Positions 29,384 through 38,801 of a stretch of DNA of 64,000 bases are shown piece by piece; position 1 is the first letter of the stretch; each line of letters starts with the position of its first letter. The position numbers and the translations under genes are program-made. Under the pieces are notes generated by a model. It had not been told where the DNA came from, searched no databases, and was given only the letters and a program-made list of their open reading frames with translations. Location of the stretch: contig ARWO01000032.1 in the NCBI GenBank assembly GCA_000402075.1, positions 78,884 through 142,883 of the forward strand. The letters are read 5' to 3'. The stretch comes from Thaumarchaeota archaeon SCGC AAA007-O23. Lineage in GTDB: Archaea > Thermoproteota > Nitrososphaeria > Nitrososphaerales > Nitrosopumilaceae.

Positions 29384-30595
29384 ATGCCGATAAAAATTGG
29401 TCTGATTGGTAAGACAAATACGGGTAAAACTACATTCTTTAATTCATCCACATTATCGTCTGATGAAATTTCAACCTATCCTTTTACAACTAAAAAATCA
29501 TCTACGTCTACCGGATATGCGATTACGCTATGTGTTCATCCTGAATTTAATGTAAACGATAACCCAAACAATTCTAAATGCAAAGATGGATGGAGGTATA
29601 TTCCGATTGAATTAATTGACTTACCGGGACTAATTAAAGACGCATGGAAAGGAAAAGGTTTAGGCAACCAATTTCTTTCAATCGCATCACAATCAGATGC
29701 TCTGTTACATGTTGTAGATGCATCTGGGGGTGTTGATTCTAGTGGACGTATAGCTGAAGCAGGTTCTGGTGATCCTGTTTCTGACTTTGCTGACATTGAA
29801 GAGGAGTTGAACATGTGGTATCACAAAATTCTTGAGGGTAACCGTGATAAACTCAACAAAATAGCCGAGTCTGATAATGATCCAGTAAATGCATTAACCG
29901 AACTGTACCAAGGTCTTGGTGTAAAAAAGAATCATGTGAAAGAGGCATTAAAGATTACTAAACTTGAAGAAAAAGACATTGAAAATTATGACATTCATGA
30001 TAGCAAAAAATTTTCAACCGAACTTAGAAGAATTTCTAAACCAACTTTGATTGTAGCAAACAAAATAGATGTCAAGGGTGCGGGCAAAAACTTTCAGCGT
30101 CTACGTGAAAGATACAATGACATGATTGTTGTTCCGGCAAGTGCCGATAGCGAGCTGAGCCTTAGACGTGCGGAACAAAAGGAACTGATCAAATATTCAC
30201 CAGGCTCAGAACAATTTGACATTCTAAAAGCCAACGATCTGAACCAAAAACAAAGAGACGCACTCGATTTTATCAAAAGCGACATTATGGGAGAATTCAT
30301 GCACACGGGGGTACAATTTGCAATAAACGTCACAGTTTTCAAATTGTTAAAGATGAATTCCATTTATCCTGTTGCTATACCAGAAAAACTTTCTGATAAA
30401 AATGGTCGCGTACTTCCAGATCTTATATTACTAAAAGATGGTTCTACAATTGTTGACTTGGCAAAGGAGATTCATTCAGATTTAATCAAGGGTCTTCTAT
30501 ATGCAAAAGATATAAGATATAATTTGAGGGTTCCAACAAATTATCAATTACGAGATAGGGACGTTATTTCTCTTGTAAGTGCATCAAAAAAATAA
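29384..30595 (+). CDS. Obg/YchF-like GTPase with C-terminal TGS-like domain
   Basis: P-loop GLIGKTNTGKTT, DLPGLI and NKID. C-terminal ...LRDRDVISLVS. Second member of this superfamily in the window. Confidence 0.8.
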   Translation: MPIKIGLIGKTNTGKTTFFNSSTLSSDEISTYPFTTKKSSTSTGYAITLCVHPEFNVNDNPNNSKCKDGWRYIPIELIDLPGLIKDAWKGKGLGNQFLSIASQSDALLHVVDASGGVDSSGRIAEAGSGDPVSDFADIEEELNMWYHKILEGNRDKLNKIAESDNDPVNALTELYQGLGVKKNHVKEALKITKLEEKDIENYDIHDSKKFSTELRRISKPTLIVANKIDVKGAGKNFQRLRERYNDMIVVPASADSELSLRRAEQKELIKYSPGSEQFDILKANDLNQKQRDALDFIKSDIMGEFMHTGVQFAINVTVFKLLKMNSIYPVAIPEKLSDKNGRVLPDLILLKDGSTIVDLAKEIHSDLIKGLLYAKDIRYNLRVPTNYQLRDRDVISLVSASKK

Positions 30596-31996
30596 TTATT
30601 CTGCTTTAATTTTTTCTTGTTTTACCCAAGTAGTCCTATTTTTATGATCAAGAAAAATTATATTCTTCTCCGCAATTTTAGCCCTGATATCGTCTGCCTC
30701 CTCATAGTTTTTTTGTATTCTATATTCATCACGCTTCTTTATCATTTGATTAATTTCATTTTTTTCTGTATCAGAAACCTTAAGAATTTTAATTCCCAGT
30801 ATATCTGACATATGTTCAAATGCTGGTAAAATTCTTCTTGCATCCTGCACCGTAAGTTTTTCTTCTGCTGCTGCTGAATTGACTGCTCTGATCAATTTGT
30901 AATATGCGGCAAGTGCGAGAGGCGTGTTAAAGTCATTATTTAATGCTGAATTAAATTCATTTGTACATTCATTCACAACTATATCAGCGGTTGAACCAGT
31001 ATCATCGACTTCCGCTAATCTAAGTTCGTAATAACATGATTCTATTTGTCTTAGTTTTGTAATATTTTCTTTTAGAAGTTTCTCGGAATAATCTATTGGT
31101 TTTGAATAATGGCCGGAAATACAGAACAGTCTGATGACATTTGGACCCCAGTCTTCTAAAACATGATTTACTGATTTGACATTTCCAATAGACTTGGACA
31201 TTTTTTCACCGTTTATGGTTATCATACCAACATGCATCCAGATCTTTGCAAATTGTTTTGATGTGCTAGATTCTGATTGTGCAATCTCATTTTCATGATG
31301 TGGGAAAATAAGATCTCTACCTCCACCGTGAATCTCAAAGCCATCACCAAGGTACTTCAAGCTCATCGCAGAGCATTCAATATGCCATCCAGGTCTACCC
31401 TTACCCCATGGGCTATCCCATGATGGTTCAGATTCTGAAAACTTCCATAATGCAAAATCAATTGGATTATTTTTTTCCTCATCAATTTCTACTCGAGCAC
31501 CAGAAACCAAATCATCAATCTTTTTCTTGGATAGTTTTCCATATTCAGTAAATTTTGAAACAGAAAAATAAACTCCATTTTTTGTTACATATGCATATTT
31601 TTTATCAACAAGTTCAGAAATCAAATTTTGCATGTCTTCAATGTGTTCAGTTGCTTTGGGGTAAATTGTGGCCCTTTTAACATTTAATCCATCAAAATCA
31701 TCAAAATAATTTTTGGTGTATTTGGCGGCAAGTTCTAATGGCGATATTTTTTCTTGTTGTGCTCGATCTATTATCTTATCATCCACATCTGTAAAGTTTT
31801 GAATAAACTCCACAGGGATATTCAGGTCAATGTATTGTGATTCTAAAAATCTACGCAGTACATCAAAAACAATGATTGTTCTCGCATGTCCTATGTGTGC
31901 GTCATCGTAAACTGTTACGCCACATAAGTAGATCCTAATCTTATCTGAAAATTCTAACTCTATTTTCGTATTTCTGAGTGTATCAAATATCTGCAT
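30596..31996 (-). CDS. cysS: cysteine--tRNA ligase
   Basis: HIGHARTIIV and KMSKSIGN class I motifs, plus WHIECS. Confidence 0.95.
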   Translation of the reverse strand: MQIFDTLRNTKIELEFSDKIRIYLCGVTVYDDAHIGHARTIIVFDVLRRFLESQYIDLNIPVEFIQNFTDVDDKIIDRAQQEKISPLELAAKYTKNYFDDFDGLNVKRATIYPKATEHIEDMQNLISELVDKKYAYVTKNGVYFSVSKFTEYGKLSKKKIDDLVSGARVEIDEEKNNPIDFALWKFSESEPSWDSPWGKGRPGWHIECSAMSLKYLGDGFEIHGGGRDLIFPHHENEIAQSESSTSKQFAKIWMHVGMITINGEKMSKSIGNVKSVNHVLEDWGPNVIRLFCISGHYSKPIDYSEKLLKENITKLRQIESCYYELRLAEVDDTGSTADIVVNECTNEFNSALNNDFNTPLALAAYYKLIRAVNSAAAEEKLTVQDARRILPAFEHMSDILGIKILKVSDTEKNEINQMIKKRDEYRIQKNYEEADDIRAKIAEKNIIFLDHKNRTTWVKQEKIKAE

Positions 31997-32003
31997 TAAT
32001 TTT

Positions 32004-32789
32004 CTACACTCTCTCAGGCAAAATTCTTTTGTGTTGGGTATTTTGGTACATCTGGTAAATCTTTTCTACGGAATTTCTTGAAATCTCTGTCTTTTGAATA
32101 GTCTCATCCACTGATAATTTTTTATCTATTAGGCAATATAGTGCAGAGTCAATCTCTTCATATGAAATGCCAATTTCTTCTTCTGCATCATGTCCTTTCC
32201 AGAGATTTGGACTGCTTTTTTTAGTAATTATATTATTCGGCACACCGATAGTTTTAGCTAATTCACGCATCTGTGTTTTGTAAAGTGATACTATTGGCAG
32301 TATGTCTGCACTTCCATCACCAAACTTGGTAAAATACCCAATAAGATATTCGCTTTTATCACTTGTACCTAAAACTAGAAGATTTTTGAGATTCGCATAA
32401 TAATAAATTATATTTGATCTTATTCTTGCGCGTAGATTTCCTAACGCAAGCTCACCCGGCTCTAGATAATTTGAGTATCTTTTATGAATAGTATTAATGT
32501 CAATGAGCTTGTAGTCAATTCCAATCTCACCAATAATCTTGAGGGCATCACCAGTTTCGCTAGATGGAGATATTACAGAATCAGGCATAACAAGTGCTAA
32601 TACCTCTTTTGTTTCAGATATTTTTTTGCATAGATATGCAACTGTCGCAGAGTCTATGCCACCACTTAGCCCAAAAACAACACCTTCAGTTTTTTTCTGT
32701 GAAATCTGATTTTTTAGAAATGATATAATGTCTTGCTGAATCTTTGTATAATCTTGCCTCAAAATTTCCTGCAGTATTTCCTGATTCAT
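32004..32789 (-). CDS. nadE: NH3-dependent NAD+ synthetase
   Basis: PP-loop motif GLSGGIDSA. Size 261 aa. Confidence 0.9.
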   Translation of the reverse strand: MNQEILQEILRQDYTKIQQDIISFLKNQISQKKTEGVVFGLSGGIDSATVAYLCKKISETKEVLALVMPDSVISPSSETGDALKIIGEIGIDYKLIDINTIHKRYSNYLEPGELALGNLRARIRSNIIYYYANLKNLLVLGTSDKSEYLIGYFTKFGDGSADILPIVSLYKTQMRELAKTIGVPNNIITKKSSPNLWKGHDAEEEIGISYEEIDSALYCLIDKKLSVDETIQKTEISRNSVEKIYQMYQNTQHKRILPERV

Positions 32790-32911
32790 CGAATCATCTT
32801 TGGATTCTAGGCATAAAAATTGTTATCTAATCAATAGCAGTAATTATTTTTTTCAATTAATCAATAATATTACATTTCGGATTTTTTATTAATTTTCAAG
32901 AAGGATAATTC

Positions 32912-33136
32912 ATGATTGGCAAGCTGATTATAACGGCCATAATACTCGGCGGCGGGGCTTTCTTACTGTTATCTGACAATTTTGAAGAATATATTTCTCC
33001 GTATGCTAACGCAGCAGCTAGCGATATTGAAGATATAAAAAACGATCCAGCAGTACAAACCAAATTTCACCAGGCACTTGATGTAATCTATGAAAATATA
33101 TCTAAAATAAAATTTTCATTAAATGATTTTTTTTAG
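32912..33136 (+). CDS. small membrane-anchored protein
   Basis: 74 aa with a single N-terminal TM helix, IGKLIITAIILGGGAFLLL. Confidence 0.4.
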   Translation: MIGKLIITAIILGGGAFLLLSDNFEEYISPYANAAASDIEDIKNDPAVQTKFHQALDVIYENISKIKFSLNDFF

Positions 33137-33149
33137 GGATTAATTGTCA

Positions 33150-33491
33150 CTATAAATCGATGTATATTCCATCGTTTCTTTCTTCAACGGTATATGTTTG
33201 GAGTTTCACACCTTTCAAATAATCTTGAAGTTCGCCTGTTTTAATATTGTAATGCCAAAAATGTGATGGACATTCCACAATGTCGCCATCAAGTTTGCCC
33301 GCAGCGATTGGGTTGTCTTGGTGTACGCATATTCCGTCCAGTGCATGATATCCATCTTGATTGAAAATAGCAATTTTTTTGCCATCAACATCAAATTCTT
33401 TTCCACTATTAGCGGCTATTGTATTTTTTTCAGTTACTTTTTTCCATACCATTCTGTAACATGATATCAGTTTAGGTAAAAACTTTTTCAA
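33150..33491 (-). CDS. Rieske [2Fe-2S] domain protein (NirD-like small ferredoxin)
   Basis: CVH ... CPSH ligand pairs (ICVHQDNPI / ECPSHFWHY). Met14 (33452) is an alternative start. Confidence 0.8.
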   Translation of the reverse strand: MKKFLPKLISCYRMVWKKVTEKNTIAANSGKEFDVDGKKIAIFNQDGYHALDGICVHQDNPIAAGKLDGDIVECPSHFWHYNIKTGELQDYLKGVKLQTYTVEERNDGIYIDL

Positions 33492-33532
33492 TATTGATAG
33501 GATTTTATATACAGAAAAAATCTAAGTTTGCA

Positions 33533-34771
33533 TTGAGTAGGGTAAAAAATCCAAAGTTGGCAAAGCAAGGAAAGATCTCTTATGAGTGGGCAAGATCTCA
33601 CATGCAGATTCTAGATAACACCATAAATCGTCTAAAAAAATCAAAGCCGCTTAAAGGAATTACATTAGGATTTTGTTTACATATAACAAAGGAAACATCG
33701 GTTTTACTTATGGGCGCCAAAGAGTTGGGGGCTAATGTTGCATGTTGTGGTGGAAATCCGCTTACTACACAGGACGACATTGCAGCTTTTCTTGCTTCGC
33801 AGGGAATTCATACGTACTGTTGGGCTGGGCAAAGTCCTAAAGAATATGATTGGTGTATACAACAAGTCCTAAACCATAAACCACAGATTTTAACGGATGA
33901 TGGTTCTGACATGAACATAAAAGCGCATTTTGATAAAAAATATAATTCATTGAAAATTTTTGGTGCAACAGAAGAAACTACTGCAGGTGTAAACCGAATT
34001 AGAGCTGTAGAAAAAGATGGTAAGCTCCGCTATCCCGTCATCTCAGTCAATGATGCATATACTAAACATATGTTTGATAACAAATATGGCACTGGTCAGA
34101 GTACAATAGATGGTTATCTGCGGGCCATGAACTTGTTACTTGCATCTAAACGAATTGTGGTGGCAGGCTACGGTTGGGTTGGAAAGGGTGTAGCTGCAAA
34201 CTTTCGCGGAATGAATGCCAAAGTTATCGTGACGGAAGTAGATCCTGTGCGAGCACTTGAGGCACATATGGATGGTTTTGATGTAATGCCAATGTCACAG
34301 GCTGCAAAAATTGGCGAGATCTTCATAACAACTACTGGAATGACTAGTATTATCAGAAAGGAACACATCTTAACAATGAAAGATGGTGCAGTACTTGGAA
34401 ATGTTGGTCACTTTGACGTTGAAGTGGACTCTAAGTTTCTTCTGAAGCAGTCAAAATCTGTTAGACGCGTTCGTCCATATCTTGACGAATGCGTACTAAA
34501 AAATGGTAAAAAAGTCTATCTTATCGGTGAGGGTAGGATAGCTAACTTAACAGCTGCGGAAGGCCATCCGCCAGAAGTCATGGCACAATCATTCTCAAAC
34601 CAACTGCTTTCAATTCTTTATATTCTGAAAAACCATAACAAGATGCCAAAAAAGGTTGTTGCCGTCCCAAAGGAGATAGACAAGCAGATAGCAATTGATG
34701 CTCTGAAAGCTATGAATGTTAAGATTGACAAGCTGACAAAGGAACAGATCAAATACATGGGTAGTTGGTAA
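33533..34771 (+). CDS. ahcY: adenosylhomocysteinase
   Basis: NAD motif VAGYGWVGKG, TEETTAGV and GHFDVE. The track start 33494 lies 2 nt from the divergent gene. TTG 33533 gives a normal N-terminus (SRVKNPKLAKQGKISYEWA). Confidence 0.9.
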   Translation: MSRVKNPKLAKQGKISYEWARSHMQILDNTINRLKKSKPLKGITLGFCLHITKETSVLLMGAKELGANVACCGGNPLTTQDDIAAFLASQGIHTYCWAGQSPKEYDWCIQQVLNHKPQILTDDGSDMNIKAHFDKKYNSLKIFGATEETTAGVNRIRAVEKDGKLRYPVISVNDAYTKHMFDNKYGTGQSTIDGYLRAMNLLLASKRIVVAGYGWVGKGVAANFRGMNAKVIVTEVDPVRALEAHMDGFDVMPMSQAAKIGEIFITTTGMTSIIRKEHILTMKDGAVLGNVGHFDVEVDSKFLLKQSKSVRRVRPYLDECVLKNGKKVYLIGEGRIANLTAAEGHPPEVMAQSFSNQLLSILYILKNHNKMPKKVVAVPKEIDKQIAIDALKAMNVKIDKLTKEQIKYMGSW

Positions 34772-34795
34772 CTTCTAAAATTACTTTTATTCATA

Positions 34796-34981
34796 ATGGG
34801 AAACGACATGGAATCAGAGAAAAGATGGTGCGAAAACTGTATGAGTCTTACTTCACATGAAATCCTTGATTCTGACAAAGTCATGGTCGGAAAGAAAACA
34901 AAATTCCTGTACAAATGTGTAAATTGTGGAAAGAGAAAACGCATGCCTGCATTTCGAGGCATGGCAGAATCTACATACTAA
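34796..34981 (+). CDS. small zinc-ribbon protein
   Basis: 61 aa with two CxxC pairs (CENC ... CVNCG). Confidence 0.55.
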   Translation: MGNDMESEKRWCENCMSLTSHEILDSDKVMVGKKTKFLYKCVNCGKRKRMPAFRGMAESTY

Positions 34982-35039
34982 TATTAACTATTTTGACAAG
35001 AACAAACTTCTTAACTAAACTTTACAAAATCTATATCAA

Positions 35040-36695
35040 ATGAACCCAAAGGCAATCATCACAAGCGCATTACCATATGCAAACGGGGAAATTCATCTTG
35101 GTCATGTCGCATCCACATATCTACCAGCTGATGTTACAACTAGATTTCTAAGGCAAAAAGGAGTTGAAGCATATTACATATGCGCATCTGACGATTTTGG
35201 AACACCAATCCTAATACAATCTGAAAAAGAAGGGAAAACACCTGAAGAATATGTAGAGTATTGGAACAAGCGTGATTTTGAAGACTTTACTGCATTTAAT
35301 ATAAAATTTGATTTCTTTTACAAAACAAGTTCTTTAGAAAACAGACAATTTGTACAGGATGTTTTCAAAAAACTTGATCAGGCTGGGCATATTTATGAAA
35401 ATGAAATCATACAACTTTATTGTAATACGGACAAGAAATTTTTACCAGATAGATATGTAATTGGAACATGTCCATACTGCAAGGCGAATGATCAATATTC
35501 AGATTTATGCGAAAAATGTGGTCGTGTGCCAGAAGAGATTGAAAATCCGCACTGTTCAATTTGTGGACAGATACCAGTTAAAGAAAAAACAAAACATTAT
35601 TTTTTCAAGCTGAAAAACTTTTCAGACAAACTCACTAAATATCTTGAAAGTAATCAAAATCTTCAAAAAGATGTGAAAAAATATGTCCAAAACTGGATTA
35701 AAGAAGGGCTAATTGATTGGGATATTACCCGTGATATATCTTGGGGTATTCCTGTTCCAGTTGATGGAGAAAAAGAAAAGGTGTTCTATGGTTGGTTTGA
35801 CAACCATCTAGCATACATTTCATCCACAATAAAATTTCTGAATGATAATGGTAAAGATGGAAAAAAATTTTGGAACGAGGCGGATATCTATCACTTTATT
35901 GGAAAAGATATCGTTTATCATCACTTTCTGTTTTTGCCCGCAATGCGTTTAGGAATTGATGAAGAGTACAAACTTCCTGATTACATTCCAACAAGAGGAC
36001 ATCTTACGTTGGAGTCAAAGAAAATTTCAAAGAGCAGAAATTGGTACATTGGTCTTAAGGACTTTTTGAAAATTTTTCCCTCAGACTATCTAAGATTTTA
36101 TCTTGTTTCAATAAATCCATATTCACAGGACGATCTTAATTTTAACTGGGATGAATTTGCGACAAAAATTAATTCTGAGTTGATAGGAAACCTTGGAAAC
36201 TTGGTTAATCGTGTGCTTGGTTTTACTGTAAAATCTTTCAATAGTATTGTTCCAGATCCAGAGAAGTTTGATGATATGGACAAAGAATCAGAAAAGATGA
36301 TTCATGAACTTGCATCACAACTGAGCGTGTTAATGGAAGAAAATCATCTTGATAGGGCACTAAAAAAGATTTTACAGTTTTCAGCTCACTTTAACCAGTA
36401 CTTTCAACATAAGGAACCCTGGAAGAATGGTACCGGTACAAATTCCTGCATTTTTTTGGTGGTTAATGCAGTAAGAAGTTTAGCGATAGCGATTTATCCA
36501 TTCTTGCCAGAATCATCACAAAAAATTTGGGTGCAGCTTGGATTGGATGGTAACGTTTCAACAGAAATGTTTGATGAGATTTCAAGTATTACGCTAAAAC
36601 ATGGGCACAAGCTAGGACAAGTTTCTCCATTGTTTGAAAAAGTGGAAGAATCAGTTATAGAAGAACAGAAGTCAAAGCTTAGGGGCACAATCTAG
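35040..36695 (+). CDS. metG: methionine--tRNA ligase (no C-terminal appended domain)
   Basis: PYANGEIHLGH, KISKS, and Zn knuckles CPYC...CEKCG...CSICG. Confidence 0.95.
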   Translation: MNPKAIITSALPYANGEIHLGHVASTYLPADVTTRFLRQKGVEAYYICASDDFGTPILIQSEKEGKTPEEYVEYWNKRDFEDFTAFNIKFDFFYKTSSLENRQFVQDVFKKLDQAGHIYENEIIQLYCNTDKKFLPDRYVIGTCPYCKANDQYSDLCEKCGRVPEEIENPHCSICGQIPVKEKTKHYFFKLKNFSDKLTKYLESNQNLQKDVKKYVQNWIKEGLIDWDITRDISWGIPVPVDGEKEKVFYGWFDNHLAYISSTIKFLNDNGKDGKKFWNEADIYHFIGKDIVYHHFLFLPAMRLGIDEEYKLPDYIPTRGHLTLESKKISKSRNWYIGLKDFLKIFPSDYLRFYLVSINPYSQDDLNFNWDEFATKINSELIGNLGNLVNRVLGFTVKSFNSIVPDPEKFDDMDKESEKMIHELASQLSVLMEENHLDRALKKILQFSAHFNQYFQHKEPWKNGTGTNSCIFLVVNAVRSLAIAIYPFLPESSQKIWVQLGLDGNVSTEMFDEISSITLKHGHKLGQVSPLFEKVEESVIEEQKSKLRGTI

Positions 36696-36696
36696 G

Positions 36697-37449
36697 TTGA
36701 AAAAGATTTTTCCTCGAATATCTACCAGAGGATTCTATGATCTTTATTCAGGTCGAACGATAAAACATGAATCATATAGCTTATACCCAAAGAGAGATTT
36801 TGATGCATTAATCGGCTCAAAGGAGATTACTATAATGATTCATGGGCTAAGAAACAATGCCTCTGGTGCACTGACAAAATTTGTAATTGCAAAAAGAAGA
36901 TTAGCGCATCTTGGTTACAAACGTCCTGTAATAGGATATAGTTATGATTCAAACACAATAGGCGCACAATATGTCACGTCTGCACTTCATGCATTGTATA
37001 CTGGTATAACCATAGCAAACAAGAACGGAAGAAACTTGGCACGATTTGTTACTGACTTTAAGCGTAAAAGTCCAAGTACAAAGATTCGTCTAATGGGACA
37101 TTCACTTGGCGCACATGTAATTCAGAGTACGATAAAAAATCTTGCAAGAAACGCCAAAAATAGCGGAATTTTGGAGGCAGTTTATTTTTTTGGAGGTTCG
37201 ATTCCTAGCAACGCGCTAAGTCCAAGAAATGGTTCTGCCACACAAAAAATTGTTACAACAAAAATTAGAAACTATTACAGCCCATACGATGATGTACTCA
37301 GTTTAGTAGATGATTGGAATTGGGTAGATACTCCAATTGGCTATATGGGTGCACATGGAAAGACAATATCAAAATACACTCAAACAATGGTAAAACCAAA
37401 AAATCATCGCTTTGTAAGTTATGCTGCAGTTCTTAGGTCATTTCCATAA
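36697..37449 (+). CDS. alpha/beta-hydrolase fold protein
   Basis: Nucleophile elbow GHSLGAH, preceded by IMIHGLRNN. TTG start 1 nt after the metG stop. Confidence 0.65.
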   Translation: MKKIFPRISTRGFYDLYSGRTIKHESYSLYPKRDFDALIGSKEITIMIHGLRNNASGALTKFVIAKRRLAHLGYKRPVIGYSYDSNTIGAQYVTSALHALYTGITIANKNGRNLARFVTDFKRKSPSTKIRLMGHSLGAHVIQSTIKNLARNAKNSGILEAVYFFGGSIPSNALSPRNGSATQKIVTTKIRNYYSPYDDVLSLVDDWNWVDTPIGYMGAHGKTISKYTQTMVKPKNHRFVSYAAVLRSFP

Positions 37450-37703
37450 AATCAGTCAAGCAATTTTGGCCTTAGCCAACAAATAATTATAATTATGATA
37501 TCAATTGGCTAGACCAATACATATTATGAAGGCTATTATAGCAACGGCTATTGCAGCACCTTTTCTATTAATTCCCATAAATTAAGTGGATAAATTACGA
37601 CTATAAAAAAATAATCATGATCGGCTAATCATTAATACGGAAACTAAACTTACAAATGGAGTTTATCAAAAATACAATCTGTGAAGCAAGTACGTGTGTT
37701 ATT

Positions 37704-38621
37704 ATGAACTCGATCAATTTTGTTGTTCTTGGAGAACAGACAATTGCAAATGATTTTGGTAAAAAAGGTACAACTACAGATCTTACACTTTATGATAAAA
37801 AGGAGTCTGATGTTATTAGAACATGGGTTATTCCAAATGGATTCCCAGAAAAGATTCAACCTCTGTTACAAGCAATAAACATTGCAGAGTATGTAATTTT
37901 CTATATTGCATCGCTTGACAAGTATGTTGGAGAACAAATTATTGCATTGGATATGCTAGGAAAAAAAGATGGGATTATAAGCCATTCTTACGAAGTCGAT
38001 GAAAATCGCCTTAATTCTATGATCAAAGGAACAGTTTTGAATAATTACAAGAAAGTTGATTCACCTAACATTAAACAGGAACTAACGAAATTTTCATCTA
38101 TTTCAAACAATGGAGATGTACAAATTGTAATAGACCATTGTTTTGATGTAAAAGGTGTTGGCACTGTTGTATTGGGTAAAGTATTACAAGGAACAGTAAA
38201 CCAATATGATAATCTAAAACATTTACCATCAGGATCTGAAGTTATGATAAAATCTATTCAGATGCATGATGATGACATTAAGATAGCAAATTGTCCAGCA
38301 AGAGTTGGATTATCACTGAAAGGAATAAAACCTGATGAAGTTGGGAGAGGTGATATCATCACTTCTGATGAATCTCTCCTAGTAAAATCTGAGATTGAGG
38401 TTAACTTCAAACAATCACCATTCTACAAGGGAGAAATTTCTGTGAATCAGATGTGTCTCATTAGCGTTGGGCTTCAAATAAAGGCTGCAAAATTTTCCTC
38501 TATATCTCCAGTCAAGTTAACTTTAGAAAAACCAATTATCTGTAAGAAAAATGACATATGCCTTTTCATAAAGCCAGAATCTACTACTGTAAGAATAATT
38601 GGTAGTGGTAAAATCAATTAA
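37704..38621 (+). CDS. EF-Tu/SelB-fold protein with degenerate G domain
   Basis: The domain-II beta-barrel signature is DHCFDVKGVGTVVLGKVLQGTV ... VMIKSIQMHDDDI ... ARVGLSLKGI...GRGDII. The N-terminal region lacks GxxxxGK[ST] and DxxG. Start moved to Met17 (MNSINFVVLG). Confidence 0.7.
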   Translation: MNSINFVVLGEQTIANDFGKKGTTTDLTLYDKKESDVIRTWVIPNGFPEKIQPLLQAINIAEYVIFYIASLDKYVGEQIIALDMLGKKDGIISHSYEVDENRLNSMIKGTVLNNYKKVDSPNIKQELTKFSSISNNGDVQIVIDHCFDVKGVGTVVLGKVLQGTVNQYDNLKHLPSGSEVMIKSIQMHDDDIKIANCPARVGLSLKGIKPDEVGRGDIITSDESLLVKSEIEVNFKQSPFYKGEISVNQMCLISVGLQIKAAKFSSISPVKLTLEKPIICKKNDICLFIKPESTTVRIIGSGKIN

Positions 38622-38651
38622 CTTCAAATTTGGCTTAAAGAAATATAATTT

Positions 38652-38771
38652 GTGAAGTCCGCACGTGCATGCCCAATTTGTACAAATTGTGGTTCAAAGA
38701 AGTTCAAACGTCTTGATTCTGAGGGCGTTAAAGTTAGATGTGTTCAATGCGATAAAGAATACAAGATATAG
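38652..38771 (+). CDS. candidate 39-aa zinc-ribbon protein (below ORF-track cutoff)
   Basis: GTG-initiated frame (M)KSARACPICTNCGSKKFKRLDSEGVKVRCVQCDKEYKI. Two CxxC pairs, 19 aa apart, in an otherwise empty 180-bp spacer. The start codon and promoter are uncertain. Confidence 0.35.
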   Translation: MKSARACPICTNCGSKKFKRLDSEGVKVRCVQCDKEYKI

Positions 38772-38801
38772 ATTATATGTGTAGAATTTTGAATTTTCCC
38801 A

